The notes beneath the pieces are model-generated. The model had not been told where the DNA came from, made no database searches, and saw nothing but the letters and a program-made list of their open reading frames with translations. The position numbers and the translations under genes are program-made. A stretch of DNA of 64,000 nucleotides, taken from positions 39,804,001 through 39,868,000 of the forward strand of contig OX597836.1 of NCBI GenBank assembly GCA_951406725.2, written 5' to 3'. This DNA is from Octopus vulgaris (taxonomy: Eukaryota). Shown piece after piece: positions 62,361 through 64,000 of the stretch. Positions within the stretch are counted from its first letter, which is position 1. Every line of letters begins with the position of its first letter.

Positions 62361-62798
62361 GGATCTTTTCGGTTTGAACGGCAGCTTTTTAAAATAGTTT
62401 CCACGTAACTAAACACTTTTAAACTTCGTATACTGGTAGAATGCGTTTATAAAACATCTTTTTCTCTTGGCTTTATTGAGAAAATTCTATAGTTTGTAAG
62501 ATAGTTGTTGTGTTTTTCCTTCAATTCCTGCAATTTCAACCAATCAATGACGTCTATTGAGCTGAAAACATTCTGTGCCGTATGAATATGCCCCTCGTTT
62601 AAGAAACAGATTGGGTTTATTTACATTTCTGGAAAAAAAAGATACCCTTCCCCTACCCCTAACCCTAACTAACCCTAACTAACCCTAACCCTAACTAACC
62701 CTAACCCTAAAACAGATTGAAATACTAGGGTCATAATTATGGGTGACAATTTCATATGACACCACTAGAAAAAACTGCCGTTCAAACCGAAAAGGTCC
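62361..62798. mobile_element. MITE with ~30-bp TIRs and internal CCCTAA repeats (Merlin-like ends)
   Basis: ggatcttttcggtttgaacggcag / ctgccgttcaaaccgaaaaggtcc; flanks caaaatta / ccaaatta (7 of 8 match); (CCCTAA)-like tract at 62650-62710. Confidence 0.8.
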
Positions 62799-63297
62799 CC
62801 AAATTATGACGTTTGGTGTATGACAAAAATGACCGCAGTTGGTAGAAGATAATATGGCGGCGGGGAGTGGTAGAATTAGTAGACGAGCGGAAAAAATCGT
62901 GGTCATGATATAAAATCGGGCTATTATACGTCAGATACCGACCCACCCGTCTTCGTCTTTCGTCCTTCTTCGTCATTGATAAAATATGAAAAAAAAAAGT
63001 CAGGTAGAGGGGTCGATGTGAATTACTATACCTGGCTTTCTACCAATGAGAAAAATCATCGTCATTATTCTCATTATTAATTAAGGCGGCTAGCTGCCAG
63101 AATCGTTAGCACGTCGGACAAAATGCTTAGAAGCATTTCTTCCGGCTGTTTGCATCCGGAGTTTCAATTCCGTTTTACCTTTCATCATAGTTTCGGGGTC
63201 GATAAAATAAGTACCAGCTGAATACTGGGATCAATGCAATCAACTTAATTTTCTGGCCATATTCCAAAATTTTAAACCATTATTATTATTATTATTA

Positions 63298-63332
<35 letters not shown>

Positions 63333-63782
63333 GGTGGTAGTGGTGGTGGTGTTGTTCTTGCTGTTATTATTATTATTATTATTAGACATGACAAAATGAC
63401 AAAATGAGACAACACGCTTCCTCACTTCGACACAATACTAATTATATATTGTGTAAGCTTATATGAACAGTTGGTGTATTTATAAACTATACAATGCTTA
63501 CCACAAAAGCTATACATATATGTACGTACCTACATCTAAATGTATATATAAATGCATATATAAATATATATATGTGAGTACCGGACACCACAAATAGACG
63601 TAGAACTCAACGAGAAACGAAAACGTAAAAACACACATGGAAACGGACTTTTTTTAACAACGAAATATATATATATATATATAAAGTTAATCCAAACAAG
63701 AAAGCACAAAAACACGACAACGCGAGGACGTGGAACAAATATAGTATTATTGGACGCTCAGGAAAGAAGGGAAAGAAGGAGG

Positions 63783-63817
63783 GTTTAACGTTTCGAGCGG
63801 AGCTCTTCGTCGGAAAC
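63783..63817 (-). ncRNA. Minimal hammerhead-like motif, CCGACGA core variant
   Basis: GUUU-CCGACGA-A-GAGC-UCC-GCUC-GAAA-CG-UU-AAAC; same unit as 29510-29720. Confidence 0.6.
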
Positions 63818-63872
63818 ATAAGAGAAGGAAAGATCCAGAGAAGGGAAGACAGAGGAAATATATATATATATG

Positions 63873-63922
<50 letters not shown>

Positions 63923-64000
63923 GTATATATATACATATGTACATATGTATATATATATATATATGTATATATATAGATATGTATGTGTGTGTGTATGTAT

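Noticed and set aside
62650-62710. Possible telomere or chromosome-fusion scar
   Set aside because: The tract is short, degenerate and enclosed by MITE TIRs.
62840-63010. CpG-richer stretch with a YY1-like aatatggcggc motif (similar ETS/YY1-like words near 40600)
   Set aside because: Short motifs alone do not support a promoter, and no downstream gene was identified.

Overview
This is eukaryotic, repeat-dominated DNA. The dense (TA)n/(CA)n/(TACA)n/(ATT)n/(ACC)n microsatellites and tRNA-derived SINEs look like an Octopus-type (coleoid cephalopod) genome; that assignment is inference from the repeat landscape only. I cannot support any host protein-coding gene, and almost the whole ORF track is microsatellite translation. 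Supported content: one intron-containing tRNA-Ile(TAT) with an inverted half-copy just upstream; four SINE families; decayed CR1-type, RTE, Dong/R4, Penelope-like (GIY-YIG) and mariner coding remnants; several MITEs; a 26-bp minisatellite with a 104-bp higher-order repeat; and two local duplications. The most notable signal is about ten type-I hammerhead ribozyme motifs, plus partial copies, from several sequence families. They have palindromic stem III and sit in short non-coding units embedded in microsatellites, in a window that also holds Penelope-like remnants. All folds were paired by eye and nothing was computed. Repeat boundaries are approximate.
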